A DNA stretch of 64,000 nucleotides from Thermoanaerobaculia bacterium (lineage in GTDB: Bacteria; Acidobacteriota; Thermoanaerobaculia; UBA5066; Gp7-AA6). The notes under the pieces were generated by a model, which ran no database searches, was not told the origin of the DNA, and saw only the letters and a list, made by a program, of their open reading frames with translations. The stretch is from positions 144,150 to 208,149 of the forward strand of contig JBBDKM010000096.1 in NCBI GenBank assembly GCA_040879385.1, written 5' to 3'. The position numbers and the translations under genes are program-made. Below are positions 18,017 to 29,366 of this stretch, piece by piece (position 1 is the stretch's first letter; every line of letters starts with the position of its first letter).

Positions 18017-19385
18017 GTTTGAGGTACTCCTCGCCGAACTTGACGACGTCGCCTGCTCCGAGAGTCAGAAGGAGGTCTCCCGGGCGAAGAGTCTGCTCCA
18101 GGCAATCAACAACTCTTTTATTATCATGGGTATAGATCACAGTCCGGTGTCCCGCCCGACGGGTCGCTTCGGCCACCAGCTCGCCGGTGACGCCCGGGAG
18201 GGGCTTCTCCCGCGAAGGGTAGACGTCCATCACGACGTTGACGTCGGCGGCCGCGAGCGCCCGCCCGAAGTCCTCGGCGAAGTCCCGGGTGCGCGAGAAG
18301 AGGTGCGGCTGGAAGAGAGCCACGAGGCGCCGGTCCGGGTAAACCTGGCGCGCCGCAGCGAGGGTGGCCTTGAGCTCCGTGGGGTGGTGCGCGTAGTCGT
18401 CCACGACGAGCACGCCGTCTCGCTCCCCCTTCAGCTCGAAGCGGCGGACCACGCCGGTGAAGGAGGCGAGGGCGCGCGCGATCGTCTCGAACGGAATCAG
18501 CAGCTCGCGTCCGACGGCGATCGCCGCCAGCGCGTTGGCGACGTTATGCCGGCCCGGAAGGCGCAGGCGGACGGCGCCGAGCCGACCGAGGGTTGCGTCC
18601 CAGACCTCGAAGCCCGTCACCGTCGCCTCGAGCCGGACGCTCCGCGCCGACAGCTCCGCCGTGGGCGACTCGCCGTAGGTCACGACCCGCCGTTTGATTC
18701 TCGGGATCAGGCTTGCCGCGCCGGGATCGTCCGCGCACACGACGACCGCGCCGAAGAAGGGGACGCGGTTGGCGAACGTCGCGAAGGCGTCGAGGATGTC
18801 CGGCAGGTCGCGGTACGTGTCGAGATGGTCAGCCTCGACATTGGTAATCACGGCCACCACGGGCGTGAGCTCCAGGAACGACCGGTCGTACTCGTCGGCC
18901 TCGGCGACGAGGTAGTCGCCCTTGCCCAGGCGGGCATTGGTCCCGAGGATGTGCACCTGGCCCCCGACCACGATCGTGGGATCGAAGCCGGCCTCGGTCA
19001 GCACGAGCCCCGTCAGGGACGTCGTCGTGGTCTTCCCGTGGGTCCCCGCGACGGCCACGCCCTGCTTCAGGCGCATGATCTCGCCGAGCATCTCGGCGCG
19101 CCGGATGACGGGGATGCCCCGGGCGTGCGCGGCCTCGACCTCGGCGTTCGAGTCCTTGACCGCCGACGAGATGACCAGAAGGTCCGCGGCCTCGACGTGC
19201 GCGGGGTCGTGCCCCACCGCGATCTTCGCGCCGAGCCTCTCGAGGCGCTGAGTATTCTCCGAGCGCGCGAGGTCGCAGCCCGAGATCTCGAGGGGGGTCG
19301 CGAGCAGGAGGATCTCGGCGATCCCGCTCATTCCCACGCCGCCGGCCCCCACGAAATGGAGGCGGCGCAGGCGCAGAAACCTCAT
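18003..19385 (-). CDS. murC: UDP-N-acetylmuramate--L-alanine ligase
   Basis: Starts MRFLRLRRLHFVGAGGVGMSGIAE (ATG at 19385, ATGA overlap with the murG stop). The Mur ligase P-loop is VAGTHGKTTTTS. Confidence 0.94.
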   Translation of the reverse strand: MRFLRLRRLHFVGAGGVGMSGIAEILLLATPLEISGCDLARSENTQRLERLGAKIAVGHDPAHVEAADLLVISSAVKDSNAEVEAAHARGIPVIRRAEMLGEIMRLKQGVAVAGTHGKTTTTSLTGLVLTEAGFDPTIVVGGQVHILGTNARLGKGDYLVAEADEYDRSFLELTPVVAVITNVEADHLDTYRDLPDILDAFATFANRVPFFGAVVVCADDPGAASLIPRIKRRVVTYGESPTAELSARSVRLEATVTGFEVWDATLGRLGAVRLRLPGRHNVANALAAIAVGRELLIPFETIARALASFTGVVRRFELKGERDGVLVVDDYAHHPTELKATLAAARQVYPDRRLVALFQPHLFSRTRDFAEDFGRALAAADVNVVMDVYPSREKPLPGVTGELVAEATRRAGHRTVIYTHDNKRVVDCLEQTLRPGDLLLTLGAGDVVKFGEEYLKHGRG

Positions 19386-20464
19386 CGGGCCCTCTCGGCC
19401 TCGAGCACCAGCCGCGCGAGCTCTTTGGCGGCATCCGGTTTCGCGAGGGACTTCGCCTTGAGGCCCATCGCGACGAGCCGATCGCGCGTCTCGAAGAGCT
19501 CGACCAAGGTGCCGGCGAGGTTCTCCGCCGAGAGCGCGGCCTCCGCGATGGCCACGGCCGCCTTGGCCTTCGCGAGAGCGCGCGCGTTGGCGACCTGGTG
19601 GCCCCCCGCCGCCGCTCCGAAGGGCACCAGGATCGACGGACGGCCCGCCGCGCACAGCTCGGCGACCGTCATGGCGCCGGCGCGGCAGAGCACCAGGTCC
19701 GCCCAGGCCATCTCCTCCTGGAGCTTCGGCAGGAAGCCGACGAGCTTCCAGTTCGCCGGCATCCGCGGGTACCGCTGGCGTGTCGCCACGAGGTCCTTGT
19801 CGCCCGTCTGGTGGATCACTTCGAGGTTCGACTTCTCCAGGAGCACCGCGGCACGGGCCATGCCGCGGTTGATGATGCGCGATCCCTGGCTGCCCCCGAC
19901 GACCAGGAGCCGCCGCGTCGTGCCTGCCGCCTCGAGCGCCGGGATCTCGAAGAACTCGCGGCGCACCGGCGTGCCGGTGACGATCCCCGGCTTCTGGAGC
20001 CTGGAGTTCACCGCCGCCATGCCCACGGCCGTGCGCGTCGCGAAGCGGTTGAGCAACCGGTTGGACAGGCCCGGAAGCGCGTTCGACTCGTGAATCACCG
20101 TAGGAATCCCGAGGGACCGGGCGGCGGTCAGAACCGGAACCGCCACGTAACCGCCCACCCCGACGACCACGCGCGCCCGGTGTTTCTTCAGGATCGCGCG
20201 CGCCTCCAGAAACCCCTTCGGCAGGCGCGCGAGCGAGCCGAGCTGCCGGGTCCAGGTTTTCCCCACGAAGCCCGAGGCGTCGACGAGCTCGAGCGGGTAG
20301 CCCGCGGCGGGCACGATCTGGCTCTCGAGCCCCTGCGCGGTTCCGATGAACACGATCGCGGCGTTGGGCTTCTGGGCGCGGATCTCGTTGGCCAGGGCGA
20401 TCCCGGGAATGATGTGGCCGCCCGTGCCCCCCGCGGCGATGACGTAGGCGCCGAGGTTGCTCAT
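19382..20464 (-). CDS. murG: undecaprenyldiphospho-muramoylpentapeptide beta-N-acetylglucosaminyltransferase
   Basis: N-terminus AAGGTGGHIIPGIALA and C-terminal ...CRAGAMTVAEL..., the typical MurG signature. 360 aa. Confidence 0.94.
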   Translation of the reverse strand: MSNLGAYVIAAGGTGGHIIPGIALANEIRAQKPNAAIVFIGTAQGLESQIVPAAGYPLELVDASGFVGKTWTRQLGSLARLPKGFLEARAILKKHRARVVVGVGGYVAVPVLTAARSLGIPTVIHESNALPGLSNRLLNRFATRTAVGMAAVNSRLQKPGIVTGTPVRREFFEIPALEAAGTTRRLLVVGGSQGSRIINRGMARAAVLLEKSNLEVIHQTGDKDLVATRQRYPRMPANWKLVGFLPKLQEEMAWADLVLCRAGAMTVAELCAAGRPSILVPFGAAAGGHQVANARALAKAKAAVAIAEAALSAENLAGTLVELFETRDRLVAMGLKAKSLAKPDAAKELARLVLEAERAR

Positions 20465-20501
20465 GACAGTTCGGATTTCGGATCTCGGATCTCGGAATTG
20501 C

Positions 20502-21605
20502 TCATCCGCTCTCCACCACTTCGTGCTGCGAGATGTTGAGGATGATCCCTCCGGCGATCCACGAGGCTACCAGCGAAGAACCGCCGTAGGAGACGAAGGG
20601 CAGCGGAATGCCCTTGGTCGGCACGAGCGCGAGGACCACGGAGAGATTGATGGCGGCCTGCACGACGATCATCGCCGTGGCGCCCGCCGCGAGAAAAGCC
20701 GCGAAGGCATCCGGGGCGCGCCGCGCCGCCCGCAGGCCGCGCCAGGCGACGACCGCGAAGCAGATCACGACCCCCACCGCGCCGACGAAGCCGAGCTCCT
20801 CGCCCACGATGGCATAGATGAAATCGGTGTGCGGAAACGGAAGGAAGAAGAGCTTCTGCCGGCTCCCGCCCAGTCCGTTGCCGAGCCAGCCGCCCGCCCC
20901 GACGGCGATCAGCGACTGGATGGCCTGGAACCCCGTTCCCAGCGGATCCGCCTCGGGCTTCAGGAACGACAGCAGGCGCGCCCTCCGGTAATCGGCGGAG
21001 AGCATGAGCGCGGCCAGAAGCGGGAGCATCGCCAGGCCGCCGAGCACGAACCACCGCGCCCGGACCCCGGCCAGCCACAGCAGGACCGCGCAGAGCATCA
21101 CGTAACACGCCGCCGTGCCGAGATCCGGCTGCAGGACGACGACGCCCGCCGCCGCGCCCACGAAGACGAGCACAGGCGGGAGCGCCCGCTCCGGGTCGCC
21201 GGCCTTCTGGGCCTTGCGCGAGAGCTGGTACGCGATGACGAGCACGAGCGCGACCTTGAGCAGCTCCGAGGGCTGGAGCATCGTGATGCCGAGCGGGATC
21301 CAGCGGCGGGCGCCGTTGATCGGCGACTGGAAGAGCGCGAAGACGGCCGAGAGAAGCGAGGCGCCATAGACGCCATAGACCACCCAGGGCCGGGCCAGGC
21401 GCCGGTAGTCGGTCCGATACACGGCGAACGCGGCGATCCCGCCGAGCACGAGCGCCCCGATCTGCTTGACGAGGAAGCGGTAGGGATTGCCCGACGTCTC
21501 CCCCGCCGATACCGCCGAGGCGCTGTAGATCATGACGCACCCGAAGAGCGACAGCGCCACGAGCACGCCGAAGAGGATCTTGTCGGAGGCGAGCTTACGC
21601 GCCAT
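20502..21605 (-). CDS. ftsW: SEDS-family peptidoglycan glycosyltransferase FtsW
   Basis: 367-aa polytopic protein with a SEDS-like sequence (LFGCVMIYSASAV..., PEADPLGTGFQ..QS..A...GG..G.G.G). Positioned between murD and murG. Confidence 0.92.
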   Translation of the reverse strand: MARKLASDKILFGVLVALSLFGCVMIYSASAVSAGETSGNPYRFLVKQIGALVLGGIAAFAVYRTDYRRLARPWVVYGVYGASLLSAVFALFQSPINGARRWIPLGITMLQPSELLKVALVLVIAYQLSRKAQKAGDPERALPPVLVFVGAAAGVVVLQPDLGTAACYVMLCAVLLWLAGVRARWFVLGGLAMLPLLAALMLSADYRRARLLSFLKPEADPLGTGFQAIQSLIAVGAGGWLGNGLGGSRQKLFFLPFPHTDFIYAIVGEELGFVGAVGVVICFAVVAWRGLRAARRAPDAFAAFLAAGATAMIVVQAAINLSVVLALVPTKGIPLPFVSYGGSSLVASWIAGGIILNISQHEVVESG

Positions 21606-21662
21606 GGAGACCTCCGACAGACGGGAGACGGTAGACGGGAGGCGGAAGAGGGATCGCCAGCA

Positions 21663-23080
21663 TCATTTCGTCTCCCGTCTCCCCTCTACCGTCTGCCGCG
21701 CCAGCGCGGCGAAGTGTCGCCCCCGCTCCTCGAAGCTCCGATACTGGTCGAACGAAGCGCAGGCCGGGGACAGCAGGACCGTGTCTCCGGCGCGCGCGAG
21801 CGCTGCCGCCCGCGCCACGGCCTTCTCCATCGTGCCGCACCGCTCGAGGGGTGCCGCCCCGGCCAGGGCCGCCCCGATCGTTTCCGCCGCCTCGCCGATC
21901 GTCAGCACCGCCCGCGCCTTGCGCGCCACCGGATCGCGCAGAGCCGGAAAGTCGCCGTGCTTGTCGCGGCCGCCGAGGATCAGGACGACGGAGCCGTCGA
22001 CGAGCCCTTCGAGCGACTTGGCGGCCGCATCCACGTTCGTGCCCTTCGAATCGTCGACCCAGCGCACGCCAAAGGACTCGGCCACGAGCTCGGTGCGGTG
22101 CGGCAGGCCCTGAAACCGCGTCAACGTGTCGGCGATCGCCTCCGCCGGAGCGCCCAGGCACTCGGCCGCCGCGAGCGCGGCCAGGGCGTTCTCGAGGTTG
22201 TGCGCCCCCGGCAGCGCCAGGAGCTCGGCGGGCAGGACCTCGTGGGGCGGCCCGGCCGCGTCCGACAGGATCTCGTCCACCTCGAGCCACGCGCCCCTAC
22301 CGTCCGGCTTCCCGCGGCGCGAAAAAAGCACCCGGCGCGCGCGCGTCGAGATCCCGCGCGAGGCGGGATCATCCGCGTTCAAAATCGCCACGTCTTCCGG
22401 GCCCTGCCGCGCGAAGAGCCGCGCCTTGGCCGCCGCGTACGCGGAGAAGCTCGCGTAGCGATCCAGGTGGTCCGGCGTGATGTTCGTCAGGACGGCGACG
22501 TGCGGCCGGAAGCGGTCGATCGCCTCGAGTTGGAACGAGGAGACTTCGCAGACGAAATCGCGCCCGCCGCTCTCCGACAGGAAGCCCGAGAGGGGCTCGC
22601 CGATGTTCCCGGCGAGCGCGACCCGCCGGCCCGCCCGCTTCAGGATCTCGGCGATCCACGTCGTCGTCGTGGACTTGCCGTTGGTGCCGGTGACCGCGAT
22701 CCAGCGGTTCTCCCCCGGCGCCTCGCTCTCGGCGATGCGCCAGGCGATCTCGATCTCCGCAAGAACGGGGATCCCCCGGGCGCGCGCCGCAACTACCGCG
22801 GGCGCGTCGGGGGACACGCCGGGCGAGATTGCGAGCCAGTCCGCGCCCGAGAGGAACTCTTCCGGCGGCCCGCCGAAGAAGCCGCGCGCCCCCCGCCGGC
22901 GCAGGGCGTCGAGCCCCTCGAAGTCGCCCTCGGGCCGGCTGTCTCCCACCGACACCGCGACCCCGCGGTCGAGAAGCGCCTCGGTCAGAGCGCGGCCGCT
23001 GCGAGCGAACCCGAGCACAGCGACCGATCGCGGCAGGATCGCGGGCGGCGCGGCGGCGTTGGTGGTCATCGGCAGCGCGC

Positions 23081-23084
<4 letters not shown>
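21663..23084 (-). CDS. murD: UDP-N-acetylmuramoylalanine--D-glutamate ligase
   Basis: Starts MSALPM (ATG at 23084, ATGA overlap with the mraY stop) inside ORF 21663..23717. It has a Rossmann-like VAVLGFARSGRA and the P-loop VTGTNGKSTTT. Confidence 0.93.
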
Positions 23085-24166
<1,082 letters not shown>

Positions 24167-24167
24167 G

Positions 24168-25526
24168 TCAGACCCCCGCCAGCTTCGCCACGGCGCGGTC
24201 GAGGCCGATGCCCCGCGACGCCTTGAACAGGGCGACGTCGCCGGCGGCGAGGAGGCCGGCGAGGAGCTCCGCCGCCTCTTCGGCCGAGGCCGCGTCAAAG
24301 ACGGCGGCCTTCGGCAACCCGGCCGCGACGGCGCCTTCGCCGATCCAGCGAGCGCGCTCGCCGACGCACACCAGAAGGTCGGCCCGTCCCGCCGCCTCGG
24401 CCCCCGCCGCCCGGTGCCACCGCTCCTCTTCCGGCCCGAGCTCCAGCATGTCGCCGAGCACGGCGATCCGGCGGGAGGCCGGCAGCGCTCCCAGGGTCTC
24501 GAGGGCGGCCCGCATCGAGGAGGGATTGGCGTTGTACGCGTCGTCGAAGAGGCGCGCGCCCGAGGCGTGGCGCCTCCACTCGCCGCGGTGCGCGCCGGGC
24601 TGGAAGTCCGCGGCGGCGGCCCCGCTCACGGAGGCGGGGACGCCGACGGCGAACGCGATCGCGGCGGCGGCGAGGAAGTTGACGACCTGGTGGCCGCCCG
24701 CCAGCGGCAGGCGGACCGGCGCCTCGCCCTCGGGCGTCACGAGGGTCAGGCGGGTTCCGTCGGCCTCGGGCGCCAGGTCCCGGGCGGTCACGTCGGCCGT
24801 GGCGCTTTTCCCGAAGCGCACCACGCGCCCCGGATGCCGGGCCGCGATCGCCTCGACGAGCGGATCGTCCGCGTTGGCGACGAAGGTCCCTCCGGGCTTC
24901 AAGCCCTCGAGGATCTCGGCCTTGGCCTCGGCGATCGCGTCCAGCGAGGGAAAGAACTGCAGGTGCGCCGGCGCCACGAGCAGGATCGCGGCCACGTCCG
25001 GCTCGAAGACGCGGGAGAGGTTCGAGAGATCCCCCGGCTGCGAGAGCCCCATCTCCCCCACCATCCACTCCGGATCGCGCGGCAGGTTGCAGATCGACAT
25101 GGGGAAGCCGATCTGGCTGTTCTGGTTGCCCGGGGTCTTCTCCACCGCGAGCCGGCGGGACAGGATCGCGGCCGCGAAGTCCTTGGTCGTGGTCTTCCCG
25201 GCCGAGCCCGTGATCGCCGCGAGGCGAAAGCCCATCCGCTTCTTCAGCGCCGCGGCGAGCTTCTGGAGGGCTTCGACCGGCTTCTCCACGAGCACGGCGG
25301 GGAAGCCCGCCGGAAGGGGCGGCAGGCGCTCGCCGAGAAGCGCCCGCGCGCCCCGCGCCACCGCGTCTCCCGCGAAGTCGTGGCCGTCCACCCGCGCGCC
25401 CCGGATCGCGACGAAGAGGTCGCCCGGGCGCACGTGGCGCGAGTCGACGGCCACACCGGTCAGCTCCGCGGCGCCCGCGGCGCGCGCCCCGGCGGCGGCG
25501 GCGAGCTCGGCCAGCGTGAACCTCAT
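24168..25526 (-). CDS. murF: UDP-N-acetylmuramoyl-tripeptide--D-alanyl-D-alanine ligase
   Basis: P-loop ITGSAGKTTTKD and the DAYNANPSSM motif. Positioned between murE and mraY. Confidence 0.93.
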   Translation of the reverse strand: MRFTLAELAAAAGARAAGAAELTGVAVDSRHVRPGDLFVAIRGARVDGHDFAGDAVARGARALLGERLPPLPAGFPAVLVEKPVEALQKLAAALKKRMGFRLAAITGSAGKTTTKDFAAAILSRRLAVEKTPGNQNSQIGFPMSICNLPRDPEWMVGEMGLSQPGDLSNLSRVFEPDVAAILLVAPAHLQFFPSLDAIAEAKAEILEGLKPGGTFVANADDPLVEAIAARHPGRVVRFGKSATADVTARDLAPEADGTRLTLVTPEGEAPVRLPLAGGHQVVNFLAAAAIAFAVGVPASVSGAAAADFQPGAHRGEWRRHASGARLFDDAYNANPSSMRAALETLGALPASRRIAVLGDMLELGPEEERWHRAAGAEAAGRADLLVCVGERARWIGEGAVAAGLPKAAVFDAASAEEAAELLAGLLAAGDVALFKASRGIGLDRAVAKLAGV

Positions 25527-26986
25527 GGTCTCCCCACGAGCTCGGCCGCGACTTTGCGGTCGTCGAACGGAATCTCGAGGGAACCGATCGCCTGCGTCGA
25601 CTCGTGACCCTTTCCCGCGATGACGACGACGGTCCCGGGGTTGGCGAGCTCGAGGGCCTGGCGGATGGCCTCGCGCCGTTCGACGACCTTCAGGTACTTC
25701 GTCGCGCCGGAACTGATAAGGCCCGCCTCGACGTCGCGCAGGATCGCTTCCGGGTTCTCGGAGCGCGGATTATCCGAGGTGGCGATCGCGATGTCCGCCA
25801 GCCGCCCCGCGATCTCGCCCATCGGCGCGCGCTTGCCGCGGTCGCGGTCGCCGCCGCAGCCGAAGACCAGGATCACCTTCCGGTCCGTCAGCTCGCGCAC
25901 CGCCTCGAGAAGCCGCTCCAGGGCGTCGGGCGTGTGCGCGTAGTCGACGAGAATCGGATACGTCTGGCCGGCCTCGACCCGCTCGAGGCGGCCCGGGACG
26001 TTCTCGACGCCGGCCGCGGCGGGGGCGACCTCCGCCGGCGGGATTCCGAGCCGCGCCGCCGCCGCCGCCGCCCCGAGAAGGTTGCCGACCTGGAAGCGGC
26101 CGAGGAGGGGCGAGGCGATGCGGAAGCGCCCGGCCGCGGAGACGACGTCGAAAGACGTCCCCGAGAGATCGCAAACGACGGACTCGGCTCTGTCGTCCGC
26201 GGGGCCGCCGGAGGGCGAGAAGCTCGCCACGGGGGGAGCCGCCTCCGCCAGGAGCCTCTGCCCGTAAGGGTCGTCGGCGTTGACGACTCCGAAGCCGCCC
26301 GGCTTTCTCAGCTCGAGGAGCCGCTTCTTGGCCGCGTAGTAGCTCTCCATGTCGCCGTGAAAATCGAGATGGTCCCGCGTCAGGTTCGTGAAGACCGCGA
26401 CGTCGAACCGGCAGCCCTCGACCCGATCGAGAACGAGGGCGTGCGAGGACACTTCCATCGCGGCCGCCGGCACGCCGTCCTCGACGAGCTCGGCGAGCAG
26501 CTCCTGGATGAGCGGCGCCTCCGGCGTCGTCCGGGCGGCGTCGATCTCCCGGCGCGCCGTGCGGTACCCGATCGTCCCGAGAAAGCCGGCCTTCCCGTAG
26601 TGGCGTTTCAACATCGCCTCGAGGAGCACCGCCGTGGAGGTCTTGCCGTTGGTGCCGGTCACACCGGCGAGCACGAGGCGCTCCGTCGGGTCGCCGTGAA
26701 CGCGGGCGGACAGGAGCGCCAGCGCGCGCCGCGCGGAAGGGACGCGGAACCAGGGCACCGCGGCTCCGGCGGACGCCGGCCGGTCGCAGACGATGGCGAC
26801 GGCGCCGCGGTCGAGCGCCTCGGGGACGTGCGCGAGGCCGTCGGTCTTTGCGCCCGAGACGGCCACGAAGAGATCGCCCGGGCCGACCTGCCGCGAATCG
26901 CTCACGACGCGCTCGACCTCGAGATCCTGCGCCGCGGGGGCGATGCGGACGCCCGGCAGTACGGCGGCGAGCTCCATCAATCTCAC
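25523..26986 (-). CDS. murE: UDP-N-acetylmuramoyl-L-alanyl-D-glutamate--2,6-diaminopimelate ligase
   Basis: P-loop VTGTNGKTSTA, DYAHTPDAL, and GCGGDRDRGKRP-like GCGGDRDRGKRAPMG. 487 aa. Confidence 0.93.
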   Translation of the reverse strand: MRLMELAAVLPGVRIAPAAQDLEVERVVSDSRQVGPGDLFVAVSGAKTDGLAHVPEALDRGAVAIVCDRPASAGAAVPWFRVPSARRALALLSARVHGDPTERLVLAGVTGTNGKTSTAVLLEAMLKRHYGKAGFLGTIGYRTARREIDAARTTPEAPLIQELLAELVEDGVPAAAMEVSSHALVLDRVEGCRFDVAVFTNLTRDHLDFHGDMESYYAAKKRLLELRKPGGFGVVNADDPYGQRLLAEAAPPVASFSPSGGPADDRAESVVCDLSGTSFDVVSAAGRFRIASPLLGRFQVGNLLGAAAAAARLGIPPAEVAPAAAGVENVPGRLERVEAGQTYPILVDYAHTPDALERLLEAVRELTDRKVILVFGCGGDRDRGKRAPMGEIAGRLADIAIATSDNPRSENPEAILRDVEAGLISSGATKYLKVVERREAIRQALELANPGTVVVIAGKGHESTQAIGSLEIPFDDRKVAAELVGRP

Positions 26987-29019
26987 GGACTCGGGGGAGG
27001 CGGTGCCGTCTCCTGGGCGCGGCGTCCGGCCGCCCGGACCGGCGTCGGCGCGCTGTCGGCGAGGAAGAGCGTATGCAGGGCGCTCGGCCGGACGGGCGCG
27101 CCGGCCGGCGGATCCTGTGCGACGACGAAACCGGAGCCCTGGAGGCGCGCGAGAACGCCGGCGCGCGCGAAGAGCGCGACCGCCTGGCGGGCTGAAAGCC
27201 CGACGGCGTTAGGCGTGCTTTCCGGAACCTCCGGGTCGATCTCCGCGTCCCGGGCGCGGCGCGAGACGAGAACGACCCCCGCCGGGTAGCGGATCGCCCG
27301 CGGCGAAGACCCGGCGAGCACGCTGGCGGGCACCTGCTGCTCCTGCGGCGCCACGCGGAGGATCCCGAGCGCCTGCGCCATCACGCGGGAGAAGAGCGGG
27401 GCGGCGACGTCCGCGGCGTAGTACTTGCCCTGCGGCTCCTCGAGGACCACGACCGCGACGCACCGCGGGTTCTCCGCGGGCGCAAAGCCCGCGAAGTTGG
27501 GGATGTGGCTTCCGGGCTGGTAGCCGCCGACGCCCGCCTTCTGCGCCGTGCCCGTCTTGCCGGCCACGGCGAATCCCGGAATCGAGGCGCGCGCGCCGGT
27601 GCCCCGTTCCACGACTCCGACGAGAATCCGGGCGATCGACCGCGCGGTCGCCGGAGAGAGCACGCGCTCGGGCTCCGCGGCGGGCACGGGACGCTCGGTT
27701 CCGTCCGGCTCGACGATCCGGGTCACGATTCGCGGCTGGACCAGGTAGCCGCCGTTGGCGACGACCGCGGTGATCCGTGCGAGCTGCAGGGCGTTCAACG
27801 AAACCTCCTGGCCCATCGAGATCTCCGCGTTCGAGAGTCCCGACCACTTCGACAGCGGCCGGAAGATGCCGGGGTTCTCGCCCGGCAGATCCACGCCCGT
27901 GGGCCTTCCCACGCCGAAGGCGCTCGCGCCGTCGAACAGGTGCCGCGCTCCCAGGCGCAAGCCCACGCGGATGATGCCGACGTTGGACGAGCGCTCGAAG
28001 ATTCCCGCCAGCGAGAGCGCGCCGTAGTGGTGGTGGTCCGACTCGCGGATGGTGGTGTTGGCGATGCGGATCGTCCCGTCGCCGGTCTCGATCATCTCCT
28101 CGAGCCCGACGAGGCCGTACTCGAGGCCGAGCGCGCCCGTCACGATCTTGAACGTGGAGCCGGGCTCGTAGGCGTCGGCGATGACGCGGTTGCGCCACGC
28201 CGAAGGCTCGAAGCTGCCGAACTCGTTCGGGTCGAAGTCCGGCGCCGAGGCCATCGCGAGGATCTCGCCGTTTCGCGGATCCATCACGACCACGCTGCCC
28301 GAGAGGGCCCGGTGCTCCTTCATCGACGCCGCGAGCTCGCGCTCGGCCGCGAACTGCACGCCCGAGTCGAGCGAGAGGATCAGCGACGCGCCTTCCTCGG
28401 CCGGCCGGCTGTTGGCCGTCTCCAGCTCGCCGTAGCGGCTGCGCCGCGCGTCCGTCAGCGCGACGAGCTCCCCCGGCTTTCCGCGGATCGCTTCGTCGTA
28501 CCGGTGCTCGAGGCCCGCCAGACCCTTGTCGTCCGTGCCGACGAAACCGAGAACCGCCGAGGCCAGGCGCCGCTTCGGATAGAACCGCCGGGGCTCAGTG
28601 ACCAGGTGGATGCCGGCGAGCCTTCTGGCCCGGATCCTCTCGCCGATCTCGGGCTCGATCTGGCGGCAGATCCACACGAACCCGCGGTCCGTCGCGAGCT
28701 TGTCGAGGACCTCGCTCTGGGACATTCCGAGCAGCGGCGCGAGCGCCTCAGCGGCGGCGCGCGGGTTGCCAACGTCGTCCGGGATCGCGAAGATCGACGA
28801 GGACTCGACCGACACGGCGAGCTCCCGGCCCTCGCGGTCGAGGATCGACCCTCGCTGCCCGGAGATCTCGATGCGCCGCTCCTGCTGCCGCTGCGCTTTC
28901 GCGCGGTACCGCGAGCCCTGGGCGATCTGGATCTGGACCAGACGGCCGACGACGACGATCGCCCAGATCAGGAGGATCAGCGCGAAGAGCCGCGCGCGCC
29001 CGCGCCGGACGCCGTTCAC
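26983..29019 (-). CDS. ftsI: peptidoglycan D,D-transpeptidase FtsI (class B PBP)
   Basis: A GTG start at 29019 forms a GTGA overlap with the ftsL stop. There is an N-terminal TM helix (LFALILLIWAIVVVGRLV). The transpeptidase motifs are STFK, SSN and KTGT. Confidence 0.92.
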   Translation of the reverse strand: MNGVRRGRARLFALILLIWAIVVVGRLVQIQIAQGSRYRAKAQRQQERRIEISGQRGSILDREGRELAVSVESSSIFAIPDDVGNPRAAAEALAPLLGMSQSEVLDKLATDRGFVWICRQIEPEIGERIRARRLAGIHLVTEPRRFYPKRRLASAVLGFVGTDDKGLAGLEHRYDEAIRGKPGELVALTDARRSRYGELETANSRPAEEGASLILSLDSGVQFAAERELAASMKEHRALSGSVVVMDPRNGEILAMASAPDFDPNEFGSFEPSAWRNRVIADAYEPGSTFKIVTGALGLEYGLVGLEEMIETGDGTIRIANTTIRESDHHHYGALSLAGIFERSSNVGIIRVGLRLGARHLFDGASAFGVGRPTGVDLPGENPGIFRPLSKWSGLSNAEISMGQEVSLNALQLARITAVVANGGYLVQPRIVTRIVEPDGTERPVPAAEPERVLSPATARSIARILVGVVERGTGARASIPGFAVAGKTGTAQKAGVGGYQPGSHIPNFAGFAPAENPRCVAVVVLEEPQGKYYAADVAAPLFSRVMAQALGILRVAPQEQQVPASVLAGSSPRAIRYPAGVVLVSRRARDAEIDPEVPESTPNAVGLSARQAVALFARAGVLARLQGSGFVVAQDPPAGAPVRPSALHTLFLADSAPTPVRAAGRRAQETAPPPPSP

Positions 29020-29366
29020 CGCGCCGGCTCCGGAGCCTCGACGTACTGGACCTGCCCGGGGTTGGGAGGACGCAGGCCCTTCTTCCTCGCGAGGCCGGTC
29101 ACGCGGTCGGGGGAGGACGCCCGCGCGAGCTCGACGCGCAGCCGGCGGTTGTCCTCTGTCAGCTCCGCCACGGCTTTCTGGCGCGCTTCGCGCAGGTAGC
29201 CGACCCGCACGGTCTCGATGTGGAGCGCGGCGTAGGCGAGAAGCGCGCAGGCGATCGGCAGCCCCACCAGCAGGAACGTCGCGAGCTCCCGGCCGCGCCG
29301 GCGGTCGCGCTCGCGCGTCAGGTGCAGGTTCTCGACGCGCTTGGTCTGCGCGTACGTGGTGCTCAC
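29016..29366 (-). CDS. ftsL: cell division protein FtsL
   Basis: 116 aa from the GTG at 29366 (GTGA overlap with the rsmH stop). It has a single TM helix (LATFLLVGLPIACALLAYAALHI) followed by a coiled-coil-like segment. Canonical position between rsmH and ftsI. Confidence 0.75.
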   Translation of the reverse strand: MSTTYAQTKRVENLHLTRERDRRRGRELATFLLVGLPIACALLAYAALHIETVRVGYLREARQKAVAELTEDNRRLRVELARASSPDRVTGLARKKGLRPPNPGQVQYVEAPEPAR

